Source: Oopsacas minuta (taxonomy: Eukaryota > Animalia > Porifera). From it: a DNA stretch of 64,000 nucleotides. Location of the stretch: positions 1-64,000 of the forward strand of contig JAKMXF010000255.1 of assembly GCA_024704765.1 (NCBI GenBank). Direction: 5' to 3'. Under the pieces are notes generated by a model. That model was not told the origin of the DNA. It did no database searches and saw only the letters and a program-made list of their open reading frames with translations. Both the position numbers and the translations under genes were made by a program. Numbering within the stretch: position 1 is the first letter of the stretch; each line of letters begins with the position of its first letter. Shown piece by piece: positions 1 through 12,294 of this stretch.

Positions 1-341
1 TAATATTAATCTGATAGTATAATTCTTATTAATAATTATTCTACTCATAATAGTCTCAAGTATTAAGTTACTATCTATTTTAATCAAATCTATTTTTAGC
101 TACATGTAAGATTTTTTGAGTATAAACCTATGGACAGTTGAAATTCCTTTTTCCTTACAGAATTCGTTGTATTTTGACAGTTAACCGAAGGAAAAATTCG
201 AATTTGGCGGTAATGAGTCCGTATCGCTACGTATGTATGTAATTGTGTGCAAAATCTTATTTTGAAGTTGAACTTAACCCCTTATGAAAATAGGTATGTG
301 TTATATCTACACTTAATTATTCTCAAATATTGCAAGTGATT

Positions 342-3300
342 TCATTCATTAACTTTTCGTTTCTTTTTCGGATATCTCGTGTTCCCTTTAGCAGTTTCGT
401 TCCCCCGTTTAATTCCTGTATCTCCTTTCTGGGGGCTCTTCCTTCTAGAACTTTTCGTCTGTTGCAGAGAAGTAAACAAACTTTCAAATTGGTCCTTGAG
501 AGAATCGTTACTCTCAAAAAGATCCAAAAGACATTTGATTAAATCAGCGTCTCTGAGTACAGCCTGGAATTCTTCAGTCTTGCTCTGAACATTGCTAATA
601 TGCTTAACGGCTGATACAATTAACTCCAAGTCTGTGTCTTCATTAGCTACTATGTGTATCATAGAAGTGAGAGCTCTAGCAAGTGTGTCAGGTTCCTTGC
701 TAGTCCAGTGTAGCAGCAAGCTCTGTACACCTGAAGAATCTTGTAATGTTGTTAGCAGAGCTTTGAGAATTGGTCCCTCAGGGCTGTGCGGTTTGAGGTA
801 TAAAATTAGACTGGTTAGGGATTCGAATTGGTTCCCCGTTGGGCTGGAGAGATGAGACACGATCGGTAAGACATCTGTAACAGGAACACTCTCTGCTTCC
901 ATTAGCTTCCAAACACAAAATTGTTCAAAAGCTTCCCACTCCAAACTCGCTAATAATAGCTAAACGAAATTTATTACAGTAAATTCTCTATTTTTGTATT
1001 AAGAAATTGTAAAGGAACTTATTCGGATAAGACTTACAATAAGCTCTCGTTATAACCAAGTGCTCGAGACCCCAAGCGGAGTTACCAATTACTTTCGAGC
1101 TATAGAGGGTAAAGAATCACTTCGTTATAACAGGAGTTCACTGTTTCCCTATGGGTTACGTCTTATCCGAGAGTATTACTGTAGTTTTGAGATGTTACTT
1201 ACTTGTTCTGTATTAGTTTGACCGAATATACAAAATTCCTGCATTGTCAGCCCACATATTAGCTCGTAGAGGCTAGAAGGATCTAGATTAGCAACAACTA
1301 CTTTCAATACGTCACCGTTACCGACCATATGATCTGAACATTCTTTGTATAGCCTAGGCAACAACTTAAAGAATGTATCAATTGCCATTTCTGCACCTAA
1401 TGCGAGGTCTTTAACCAGCTGGTCTTTGCTGTCCTCCGTGCCAATGTAATCAAAGTATATCTTAAAATCTTCATTGTAAATTTCGGATAGAAATACTAGA
1501 AGAGTGAATCCAATAGCTGGGATGAATTTTGACATTTTCTGCGTTAGAGATAGGACGGTAGGATCCGCAATAGCTAGACGGAACAGGACAACCTGAGCGG
1601 AGGGAAGGAATGTATCAATCTCAGACAACTGACTGTCCTGTGAGAGAGGGAACATTGTCTCTTTCTCAAGTTGTGATGGATGAATTTCTGAAGAGAGTAG
1701 AGAAGACAGGAAAGTGGTTATTTGAGAAACAGACTCATCATCTAGTTTGCTGAACTCCACACTCTTTAGAAAAGTTTCCAATTCCTGAGGGAACTCTCCC
1801 AACCCCGAATAAGTTTTGAGAATATTTAGTTTGTCAGCGATATCTGGCTCCAGACATGAGAGTTCAAATACGGAACCGTCCTCAGAAAGAGGGGTCCCTA
1901 CAGGTTCATCTAACGCAGTATCGGGTACATCTTCTATCGTAGTAAGGTCTGATAGATCTGCTGGGGAGTCCAGAGGGGGCAAGGAGGGTGCTAATATGTC
2001 CAATTCATCTGGAGGTGTGAGAAGAGAGGGTTTAGGAGAGGAGATTTTCATCTCATCGTCTGAATCCGAAAACCTAAAAATCTATAAAAATCTTGTATTT
2101 ATAATAATTTGATTATCATAGCAACACATACGTAGCTTTGGTATCCTGATCAGAATCAATAATAATATCTTCTAGAATAGTAGGGAGAGAGTCTTCTATC
2201 TCTTGTTTGTAGTTTATGATAGTAGACGGTCCAGGAAGGGACATACGGACAATGTCCTCTGGTATCCCCTGTGGGGGTAGTTGGGAGGGAAGGATGCCCT
2301 CTCCCCCCGGGGGTCCTAAGAATTCAGGAAATTTCTGTCTAACCATAGCTCTTAAACTTGGATCAAGGAGAGGGTTCTCGAATAGATAAGATAGAGTCAT
2401 TACTACTTTCTTGTTAGTTATATCAGAGAATGCTGATTTGAAGCCTAAAGTGATTCCAGCAGCTATATAAACATGCCTAATTGTACAAATATGGTCCCAA
2501 ACCGCAAAGTAACATACTTTCACCGATTAAATCAAAGTAATTATGGCGGTGCCTTGAGCTTTGATATAACAGGAGTAGATTATACACTAAATATTCTTAA
2601 ACAAACCTTGTAACAACTTATCCTCAAGTCCTGGCATATACTCATCGATAATTTTACAAATAAACTCCAAGAGTGTACCAGCTATATTAGTATACGGCCT
2701 TACAGAATGATGCATTAGCAATATAGCAGGCTCTATATTCATTATCTTGTGTTGATCAGGGTCATATGCTAAATAGTCAAAGAATAGAGCTAGTCTAGCT
2801 TCTGCCATTGATGCGTTGGTAGCACATAGATTGTGTAGCCATCCTATTAATGCCCACCGTTGTACTACATCACTGCCTATTGAAACAAAGCATAATGATA
2901 ATTAACGGACCCCTGAGTGTTTCTTATTGCTTGTGAACTCAGGTAGATAATTGTACTAGTTATACACGCGGCGCTTCCAGCTGTTGTTCATATATGATTT
3001 TACAACCCCCTTGACATTGTACACTTACCAATGATCTCGTTTGGAGGATGAATAGCACAACAAATATACCGAATAATATCAGAAATAACGAATTGACTCT
3101 CTGGTGTTGATAAGTATTGTCTCTGGAACCATTCTTGATATCTACATAGTTTCAAAATATTTCGTAACTATGCACTCAATATAGAATTGAATATTTCAAA
3201 CCTTTTTTGCTGTCCAAACCTGACTTTATCAGCTAGGAACTTGAGCTTATTATCCATATCTGGGGTTATTCTGAGTGACACGTAGTGTTTATCGGTAGGG

Positions 3301-4537
3301 GAGCATAACAGCTGATATACACCAGTGAATGAGGGGTCGAGTGACGTAGGATCCTTAATTATATCCCCCCATAACTTATAGAACTCAGGAATAGCAGATA
3401 CGCTCTGTAGCAGTCGTAAGAGATCTCTCCCAATCATGAGGCAGTCATGGAACCTAGTAACAACAGTAATTTGTTTGTTTGTTTGTTTGTCTGTCTGTTT
3501 GTTGTCTGTCTGTCTGTCTGTCTGTCTAACCTGTGCCGAAGGAGACTAATACAAAAATCAACTTCATTTTGTCTAAGTCCATGTAAATGCACTGCATTAT
3601 GTTCAGCTATAAGTCTTAGATAAGTGTATAGAGCTGTTGACATTAAAATAGGTTGTGAAGATAGCCAAGTCTTGTTACCACAGAATAGCTGTAGCATACT
3701 ATCAGCTAACCAAATATTAGGATCAGAAATATCTCCAGATTGAATCTATGTAAACTATAATAATAAAGTCGAAACTCCCTCCGGAAGTGACTACCCTGAT
3801 CTCAGAAGATCGACTGTATTACAACCTAAAAAGGGAACTAGAGCTCACCTGTTTCAGAAGATTAACACATATCTTATCTACCCCAAGGACTTCTTTCCCT
3901 ACCATACGGTTAGTGACCCAGTACAGCTGTTCTCTGGGACTTGTGAGTAGTTTAGGAAACTTTTCTGTTATTATTAACTATAGAAAAGAGTATAAATATT
4001 ATTACAATTTATTGTAAAAAGTAACGAAAAGATTTCGCATTTTCAAGTTTTGCGACATTCCCAATTGTTCCCTACGCTATGCAATAAAAAATCCTTTCAA
4101 GTTATCCATGGTTAAAGTAACGCTACTACATACAGTCAGTTGTCTAATGAAGAAACTCATATTGTCTCTGTTCAGAACCAGGAGAGCATCACACCTCTTC
4201 GAAGCTGTTTGTTTATCCGTGAGAAGAGAGTATAACATAGCACAGCACACATTCTTGTAATCATCCATTGATTTGTGTACTACCTACATGATACAATGAT
4301 AATTACTCGTGTATGAATAAACATTTGTATTTGCTGTGTCACCTGGTATAGCATAGCATATTGTTCTCCTTCCTGTCCAGCTCCTTCATCAACCATGTGA
4401 CTAAATCGTTTAAAACATTCTTCCAGTTTCTTATCAATAGCATCCTTCTCATCTAGGATATCGTACTGGAACAGCTGACTATGAGGTACAGGTTGATCTG
4501 TTTGTGTTATACTACGCTCTGGGCCTTCTACTGACAT
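342..4537 (-). CDS. INTS3: Integrator complex subunit 3 (SOSS-A), multi-exon (about 10 exons)
   Basis: The ORF pieces carry INTS3 motifs in the expected order: ALYTYLRLIAEH..LRQNEVDFCISLLR, MIGRDLLRLLQSV..ITPDMDNKLKFLADKVRFGQQKR, ARLALFFDYL..IMNIEPAILLMHHS, FSDSDDE and LEWEAFEQFCVWKL. The junctions I checked (2133/2072 and 1202/960) are GT-AG and in phase. ATG at 4537, stop at 342. Confidence 0.93.
975..1183. mobile_element. Nested MITE: an outer TACAGTA...TACTGTA element containing an inner CGTTATAAC-family element at about 1035-1145
   Basis: The outer element has inverted termini (TACAGTAAATTCTC..TCGGATAAGAC / GTCTTATCCGAGAGTATTACTGTA). The inner segment is the reverse complement of the repeat at about 11295-11410. 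It lies in the last INTS3 intron. Confidence 0.65.
2478..2584 (-). mobile_element. MITE family A, partial copy in an INTS3 intron
   Basis: Matches the reverse complement of the family-A core (ctcctgttatatcaaagctcaagg..ataattact..ggtttgggaccatatttgtaca). Confidence 0.75.
3470..3527. repeat. (TGTT)n/(TGTC)n tetranucleotide microsatellite
   Basis: Read directly from the sequence; lies in an INTS3 intron. Confidence 0.9.
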
Positions 4538-5168
4538 TAGCTAATGCAAACATATATAAGAGAATTCATGACAATACTTACAATATTCTAATATATACAG
4601 AGAACTAGTACAAGTAGTAGAAGTGACTCAACTAAAGTGGGTAATATAACTGGGCTGAATAGAGTAGAGAGTTGATATTGCAATTTTGATAGAGGATAAA
4701 TACTTACTAACACACACTACTGTAAGATGTATACAATACGTGGGATCGGTAGTAGAAGTTATCGCAATGAGAGTGAGCTAGACATTCTACTGGGAATAAT
4801 TATTGAGATTATACCGTTTTACGAGTAGTGAGATGAACTATGCAATTTGAGTTGTTTTTGCGTGAAGAAATGAAATCTCCCAATTCTCCAAAGGCCTAGC
4901 AAGCCGAGGAGAGGGCAAGGGAAGTCTCAGTTAACAAATAAATAAACAATATAGGTAGCCAGAGAAATGAATAAACTAGTGTAACATTCATGAATAAAAT
5001 TCAGTGTATCAGTTCACCGTAGAAATACAAACCTTCTAATAGCCTGCAATGATTGGCTCCATATATACAAATACAATTTACAAACACACATACTAGTTAG
5101 GCAACCCTCCCCAATCCCTGTTTGAATAATATCTTCTATACTCTCTCAGGAGAAATTATGCTAAAGGA

Positions 5169-8100
5169 TTAGACCTGTTTGTCATATGTGTCAGGTGAAA
5201 TCTCTGCTGCTTCTGGATTTAGTGGTGAGTCTGTTTGGGGAATATTAACAGGAGAATCTGTAAACAAACAAGTAACAAACAATAAAACAGCAAAACCGTA
5301 GCGAACATTCATGTAGAGATTGGAATTGTTTTGGGGGACATTTTACCTCATGTGTACGTAGCCTATTATTTACCTTGTGTCAGTATTATATCAGGTACTT
5401 GTGTGTTATCCTCACTAGTTTCTAAATCCATATCTACATCTTCATAGGTAACAACATTCTCAACATTACCTCCTTGTACAATATCAGGTGTATATAACTC
5501 AATGACGTCGCTATCTCCAATAGCTAAGTTTAATCCTTCTATATCCTCCAGCTGATCAGTACTACTGTCTGGAAATATAATAGCGGGGGTATTGTCATCC
5601 ATTTCCATCTCTCCAGCGATTTCATCATCATCTCCCTGGATCTGTTCTCCTGTATCCTTAACCTATAGTATATATATAGTGTGTACCAGGAGTTCACAAG
5701 ACCTCAAAATTTACATTGCAGTCTATGGGGTGGGGGGTGAAAAAGATGGAAACTACTCTATCAATGTATTTTGATAATTTAACCAAACATATGAGTTCAG
5801 GGACGAATGAAGGTGTTAAGCAGAGTCTCTTGTATGCTAATTAACATTAAAATTTCTACACAAACTGTATTAGGTTGTATCTGCATAAGATTGAGACTGT
5901 CAGTGAGTGAAATGCTTGGAGACTCATCTTTAGCTAGACTCAGAGCACTGCTTATCATATCTAGCCCTGTCTGACACTTAGGTTTCACGAATCGTCTGAA
6001 ATACAATATATAAAGTGTTAATAATTAAATGATACGAATAGAAAACACCTACCTTTCTTCTCCAACACTTCCTCTCACATCTTGATCATTGTCCTCCTTC
6101 AATGATTCCATTGTACGAGATAATCCTGTTGTGTTCTCAATCTCTTTCACCCATTCTGTAATTTACAAATAAATACAACATTCATAACATTGCATGACTA
6201 TTTGCCAATAAAGCCTGTTATATCAAAGTACCCGCTTACGTCAAAGTCTGAAATAATACAAATATAGTCCCAAACCGTCAGAGGTAACAAATATTCCATC
6301 GGTCATATCGAAGTAATTATCACAGTCCCTTGAACTTTGATATAACAGGAGTTTGGCTGTAGATTATTATATGTATGTACCTTCTGAGTTATAAATCTTG
6401 TAGAGAAGATGTCCAATAGTCAATCGAATGTTAGGAACTTTATCTTTAGCTAATGTCAGCAGATCTCTCATTAATTTCTCTGAAAATATTTCAATACTAA
6501 TACAAGTATCTTCTTCTTCTAATATTAACTGGCAAATCTTAACAAACCTACAAGAGAATTAGAATTCCATAAGCACCCTAAAATAAGGAGTAATTCAATA
6601 GATAATTCAATGAATGTGAATTAATAAGCTAGCTGGAATAATGATGTGAATCTTAGTAGAACTAACCTAAGTTATGCAATTTAGAATTACCGAATTAATT
6701 AGCATAGAATGGAGATACAAGCTAGTCAAATTAATAATCGATTCGAAAAACAACTCAAGTATTCTTGGAGATAATTACGTATCATAAGAACATACTGTAG
6801 TCTGTATATCCATTTGCCATCATGAGCAAATTCTGTAATAATCAGTTCAATAAGTCTATCAAAATACTCTCCATTGTCAGTATTGAATACATAATTCAGC
6901 ATAAACACTAGCTATAGAATAAACAACAAATAAATAAGGAATTTTTGAGGAAATGGGAAGAGTTAGAAATTTAAATTTGGTATGTGTGTAGAATGTGATC
7001 AGTTTAGGAAGGTGTTTTAATATCTAAGCGATATCTCAAAACCCTCTGAGCTTGTAACAAATAAATATATAAGGATATACTTACAATCTTAGAAGCTGAG
7101 TCCCTCACTTCAGAGACTGGGTCATGTCCTAATTCTAGCATTAATGGTTGGAAGTATTCTATACTCCTTTCTAAAGGAAACTGTTTCACCAATGGTATGA
7201 GTTGTCTACAAATAAAGTGATAATATAATCAAATATATGGTTAGCATAATGAATTCTCAGTTAAATTTACAGTGCAACTTCCATAGACGCCGAAAATGCT
7301 ATTTCTACCAATTCCCCGGTTATGGAGGTTCATTTTTAAGGGACTAAGAATTCGCTTTGTATATTTTTCACTCCGTTTCCAAATGCCCGGTTTATAGAGA
7401 TTCACTATTATAATAGTACTGACTCAGCAAATGCTAATCTATATCTCCAGTTGTTCTTATTGTCGGGGTTCTTCAAGCTAGGAAGAGTAGGTCCATACTT
7501 AAGGCAGATATCTCTAGGAAGAATCTACAGTAATTGAATTGAGTAATAATATCAGATGGTTAGTAAGCTAATTGATTATACCTTTAAGAACTCTCCAATA
7601 TGCAAGATAATCCCTGACTTGACTTCATCAATGTCTTTAAGGAATGTATCAAACACAGACAACAGATCTGTAGAGGTTATATCAGCTCCGTATATCTGAG
7701 CAAGGCAATGTAGCGAACAAGCTAGACACCTTCTAATCTTCCACTAAACAAAAGAATATACCGTTATATTGAAGCTCAACTTACTTCCATATAACCGAAG
7801 AGAATATGATACTTTGACGGATTGGGACCATATTTGTACCATTTTAGACTTCTATATAAGCGGGTATTATTCGATATCACGGGAGTTTACCTGTAATTCA
7901 GAAGCTAAGTTGATATAAAGAGATTTGATACAAGGCCAATTCTCTTTGCCTAGAGTTATAGCTACTCCAGGTAGAGAGTATGCACACTTCATAGGAAGAT
8001 CTGTATCCACATGCTGTATTTTCTTTTGATCTATCATTAGCAGATATTCTACCAGCAATTTTGGGGGAACTCGTTTCTATTAACAAACCAGGATTGATAA

Positions 8101-11100
8101 ACTTAATGAAACGCGTGTAACTAACAGAAGAATGAATTACTTGATTGTATACTAGTGGTGGTATAGGATCGTCAATGCTAAGTTCAAGGGACATATCAAT
8201 ATTCTCTTCGTTCTGTTTTAGACATTTATGGAAGTCCCAAGATTGGTCAAAATCTGAGGATTCAAGTATTTCATCTTCTCTCTCTCCGAACGGATCTTCT
8301 AGTCCGAAATCGTGTCTTGGAAAAGGTTCGTTCTAACAAGAAAATGAAAGTACAAAAGATGCCGATTATAGCCATCGTCCCATGGAATTTCTGCACATTT
8401 ATGACAGTTATAAGAACATGTATCGTTACTCCTAAGGGTGTTCTTATAACCGACATCCATTGCATTAGAAATATAAAATAATATTTTCTAACCTTAATCA
8501 GAGTTTCAGCTAGTAGCTCCTCCAATTCAGATTCACCCAGGCTTGGTACTGGATGCCTCCAGTAGGTGAAGTATGTGAAATCACTCCCATCACTATCTAA
8601 TGTAATACACATACATAATAGATAGTGGATGCCCAATTACGTGGAGTTCGTCTATTAGCAATTCGTATTTTGCGATTTCCCTTGCTATTAGGTGAACACC
8701 ACTGTACAAATATTTACCATCTATACTATCATCTTTAGATATATCTTGTTCTGGCATAATAATAGTATCATTATTACTATCACTCTCTGTCTGTATTGTC
8801 TCATTTACATCCTCACTGGCCTCTGCAGTAGGTGTATCGAATGTCTCAGGGTCAAGAGTAATATCCTGTTCTGTATCTGAGGATTGAGTCTCTTTTATAT
8901 CATCATCAGGATTATAAAATGTTGTTAGAAATGGTCCGAGAGATTCAAACGCAGCTTTACGAACCTAAACACGACCCATGAAACACATTTATTGTAGTGG
9001 ATATATTAAACTTACCCATCTAGAGTTGTCAGCTAAAAGTTTAAGGAAATGTTCAGTAAGTTCATTCTCTCTTGTAGCTTCAGTACAGCTACCACTAACT
9101 TTATCAAATACTTCACAGCAAGCCTACAAGTTAAGTAATAGCGTATAATTACTGAATGACAGGATGTAGCGATTTCCCAAACTGAGATAATAGGCCCCTA
9201 CGGACGACAGTATGGGATCTCAAAATGTATTTAGCAGTCTATGGGAGGGGTTTCATGGGTGTAGTAACCTAACACAATATACTCACCTTACGGACACTCC
9301 AGAAATCATCCAGACAGAGGTGTAAGAACAAATATACCTACAAATAAATTCAATAAATATTCCTCTATTATTATTCTATGTATTTACTCACTATACTCTT
9401 TTCCGTGTTTGCAACTCCTAAAACTGGACACAAATCTTTACAAGCATAAGCGAATGCCTAGAATAGTATAACAAGTAGATATGGAACTCAAATAGAACAA
9501 CATGTACTATAATTTCTATTATTCCAATCTATTTCTATAAAGTACTGGTAGTAGCCATAAAGGAAACTTGAGATAAGACAGTCTAATTTACAAGCATAAG
9601 AGAATTGAATCTATTAGAAAATAGAAATCTACAAAGCTTGTCAGATAAAATATTTCCGATTTTCATGAGATATAAATTCAGTACAATTATACATTTGAAT
9701 AGAAATTACCCTTCTGACGTCATGCATAGTGTCATGTGTGAACTCTGTGAAGAGATCTGAGAACTCTTGCATTAGTATTTGAGACTCCATATATGGTACT
9801 AATCTGGATAATAACTACAAGAATGAAAGGTGTGAAATGATATTAATACAATAAATGACTATATGTATATTTGTATTACAAGGATAGCATCTGCTTTGAT
9901 TTGAAAAGGAGAGTCTTTAGAAGAGAGCTTCTTAATTGTATCACAACATAGCCTCATCATATCATCTAATATTGACAAAGTACAGGAATTATTGGATCAA
10001 AGGAGATCTTCAAGTTATGGAATTAGGAGATAGTGTTAACATAATTATGTAATAAGAAAGCTGTTGGACCTTATCAATTCTTTTCATGAGTAATGCAAAC
10101 ATTGCTATAATATCATCCACGTATAACTAACCTTTATATTTGCTTCCACTGATTAAACTAATAATGGCATTGTGGTTGTTGTGTCGCACCTAATTACATA
10201 ACATATTATATGAACAATACACAATTACCAAATAAGGCAACAGTAATATATTGGCATGAGCTATAGGTCATATGTTCTTATACAAAAGCATTCTCTAATG
10301 CCAAATTTAGTTGTAGAATACCTCGAAAAGTTTAGGCAAAAATATGCGAGGACTAGGAATTTATACCCCATGAGAAGTGATTCAGATATCATAATGGGGA
10401 ACAAACCTTTTGATCTGAATCGCTACAGAATTGTACTAATACGTCCAGTAACGTTAAATATTCATCTGAGTTCTCTGTATCTAGCTGCAGGCGTTCTAGG
10501 ATAACAGCTGTCTGCTCTGCTACTATCTGTCGTACGTAGATCTCTATACATAATATAGCAGGTAATATAGCAACTAATGTTCAATATAGGAATGTATAAA
10601 TATTTACCTGGGTCAGTAGCTAAAGTGTGTACAATATCAATAAAAGACTTTAGTTCTTCTGTCTGTTCTGACGTCACGAGAGCACATGCTTCTCCTAGCT
10701 CTTTAGCTGAATTCTCTCTATACATGAATACACCAGTCAAATTCAAATAGAATACTCTAGAACAGTACATACCTCTCTATCATATTATCAGAAGAATATG
10801 TCTTATTTACTCTTTCTAAAGCAGACATTAGCTCTTCTGGACTCTTGTAGTCTAGAGGAGATGTCTCTATGTCGTCGTCTTCTGTCCCGTCCAATTCGTC
10901 TAAGAAAATAAGACAATAACTACGCAAAAATAGGAGCACATTTGTATCAGGAAGATAGCTGGGGTACTTTTGTATAATAATCTAGACTTCAGGAAGAATT
11001 AACCAGCGTTGACTTACATTAGTGATAATTAAGATTATTAGATAGGAATACAATTGAAATAATATATCAATTATCTATTTCTATGTCTAATACTATTACT

Positions 11101-11222
11101 AAGCATAAATACATATGGCACAATAGTCTGCAAATATTGCCCAGATGTATAGGAAACAACCTACAATGACAGAATATCTATATAACATAATGACGTCATA
11201 ACATACCATCTTGATCGTCCAT
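5169..11222 (-). CDS. PPP4R1: Protein phosphatase 4 regulatory subunit 1 (HEAT repeats), multi-exon
   Basis: First exon is MDDQD|gtatgt (ATG at 11222). Later exons give LMSALERVNKTYSSDNMIER, KCAYSLPGVAITLGKENWPCIKSLYINLASELQ|WKIRRCLA, FLKDIDEVKSG and LLTLAKDKVPNIR, all typical of PP4R1. The last exon ends DTYDKQV* with the stop at 5169. Confidence 0.88.
6204..6361 (-). mobile_element. MITE family A in a PPP4R1 intron
   Basis: Near-full reverse copy that ends ...gatataacaggagtttggctgta. Confidence 0.8.
7268..7410. mobile_element. MITE family D in a PPP4R1 intron
   Basis: Starts TACAGTG. It shares ctaccaattccccg-ttatggaggttca..agggactaagaattcg..ccgttt with the copy at 27581-27705. Confidence 0.6.
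7758..7895. mobile_element. MITE family A filling a 147-nt PPP4R1 intron (7744-7890); its terminus overlaps the splice donor
   Basis: Contains the family-A core (ccgttatattgaagctcaa..gacggattgggaccatatttgtac..tcgatatcacgggagtttac). Confidence 0.75.
8640..8700. mobile_element. MITE family E remnant in a PPP4R1 intron
   Basis: gagttcgtctattagcaa..tttcccttgctattag matches the element at 26517-26643. Confidence 0.55.
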
Positions 11223-11262
11223 TGCATGCGAAATAGGGAGAGCTAAGAGAGATAATCATAAA

Positions 11263-11410
11263 TACAGTATACTTCTGTTCTAGCCAAGTCGGATATCCCG
11301 TTATAACAAAGTGATTCCTCACCCCCCTATAACTTGAAAGTAATTGATATTACTCCGTTCATAACGAAATGAAACCGGGGTCCCGACCACTTCGTTAGAA
11401 CGAGGCGCCT
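11263..11410. mobile_element. MITE family B, about 40 bp upstream of the PPP4R1 start codon
   Basis: Starts TACAGT and has the internal inverted pair cgttataacaaagtg / cacttcgttagaacg. Homologous to the inner element at 1035-1145. Confidence 0.65.
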
Positions 11411-11650
11411 TTTATCTCTCATATGTAACGATAACTTACTGAGTTTATTCGCTAATGACATAGCTGATAGCAATTGTGACATTCAATGAGTTTATACACC
11501 TAACTACCTAAGGAACATGCAACTAGACAGAAAAATAAACAAACAAACAACACAAAACAGTAAATAATAAGCTCTCAAACATATAAACATAGCTATAAAT
11601 GAGGTACAAAAGTCCAAAGGGTAGCAATTTTGATATCACAAAATACATAA

Positions 11651-12178
11651 CTATTGACGTAAGCTAATCGCTAGGGTGAGGAACTGTTCGTAATTAATTG
11701 TTATCCAACCATTACGATTGGTATCATAATGCTGGAAAGAATTAGTTAGAGTTTGTATTACCACACAGCATTGAATAAAATCATCAAAACGAATAGCAGC
11801 TTCTCCTGACCTATCAAATTTACGGATTAGCATACTGTAAAACCGATCACTCAATCTATACCCGAATGTGGTAAGCGCTTGCTTCAGCTCATCTCTGTCA
11901 ATCGCCCCGGAATTATCTTTATCAAAAGATCGGAAGGTCTCTTGCCAGTCACAAACGTATTTCCAGAGAGCCCCGAACTCGTTAAAGTTAATAGTCCCTT
12001 TCTTATTCCTATCAAACATCCCAATCATAAGTCTTATCGTCTCTGGATTGAAAGCAGTGAAGCTACCATTCCCTAGAGCTTGCTGTAACTCATCAGCTGA
12101 TATAGCATTACTCTTGTCTAAATCCACTTTCTGGAATATCCGAAATAAGAAATCTTGATTAGGAATACCTCCTGCCAT
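11651..12178 (-). CDS. PDCD6: Programmed cell death protein 6 / ALG-2 (penta-EF-hand), intronless
   Basis: 175-aa ORF with FLFRIFQKVDLDKSNAISADELQQAL, FNPETIRLMIGMFDR, WKYVCDWQETFRSFDKDNSG and IRFDDFIQCCVVIQTLT. Confidence 0.93.
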   Translation of the reverse strand: MAGGIPNQDFLFRIFQKVDLDKSNAISADELQQALGNGSFTAFNPETIRLMIGMFDRNKKGTINFNEFGALWKYVCDWQETFRSFDKDNSGAIDRDELKQALTTFGYRLSDRFYSMLIRKFDRSGEAAIRFDDFIQCCVVIQTLTNSFQHYDTNRNGWITINYEQFLTLAISLRQ

Positions 12179-12294
12179 GAATTAATATCTAATATATTAT
12201 TTAAGCCAATTAACGAAGCTCCTGCTGGCTAGATTATTTATATTATAATATTATAATATTATACCACTCATTATTAGCAACACACTATAATCCC

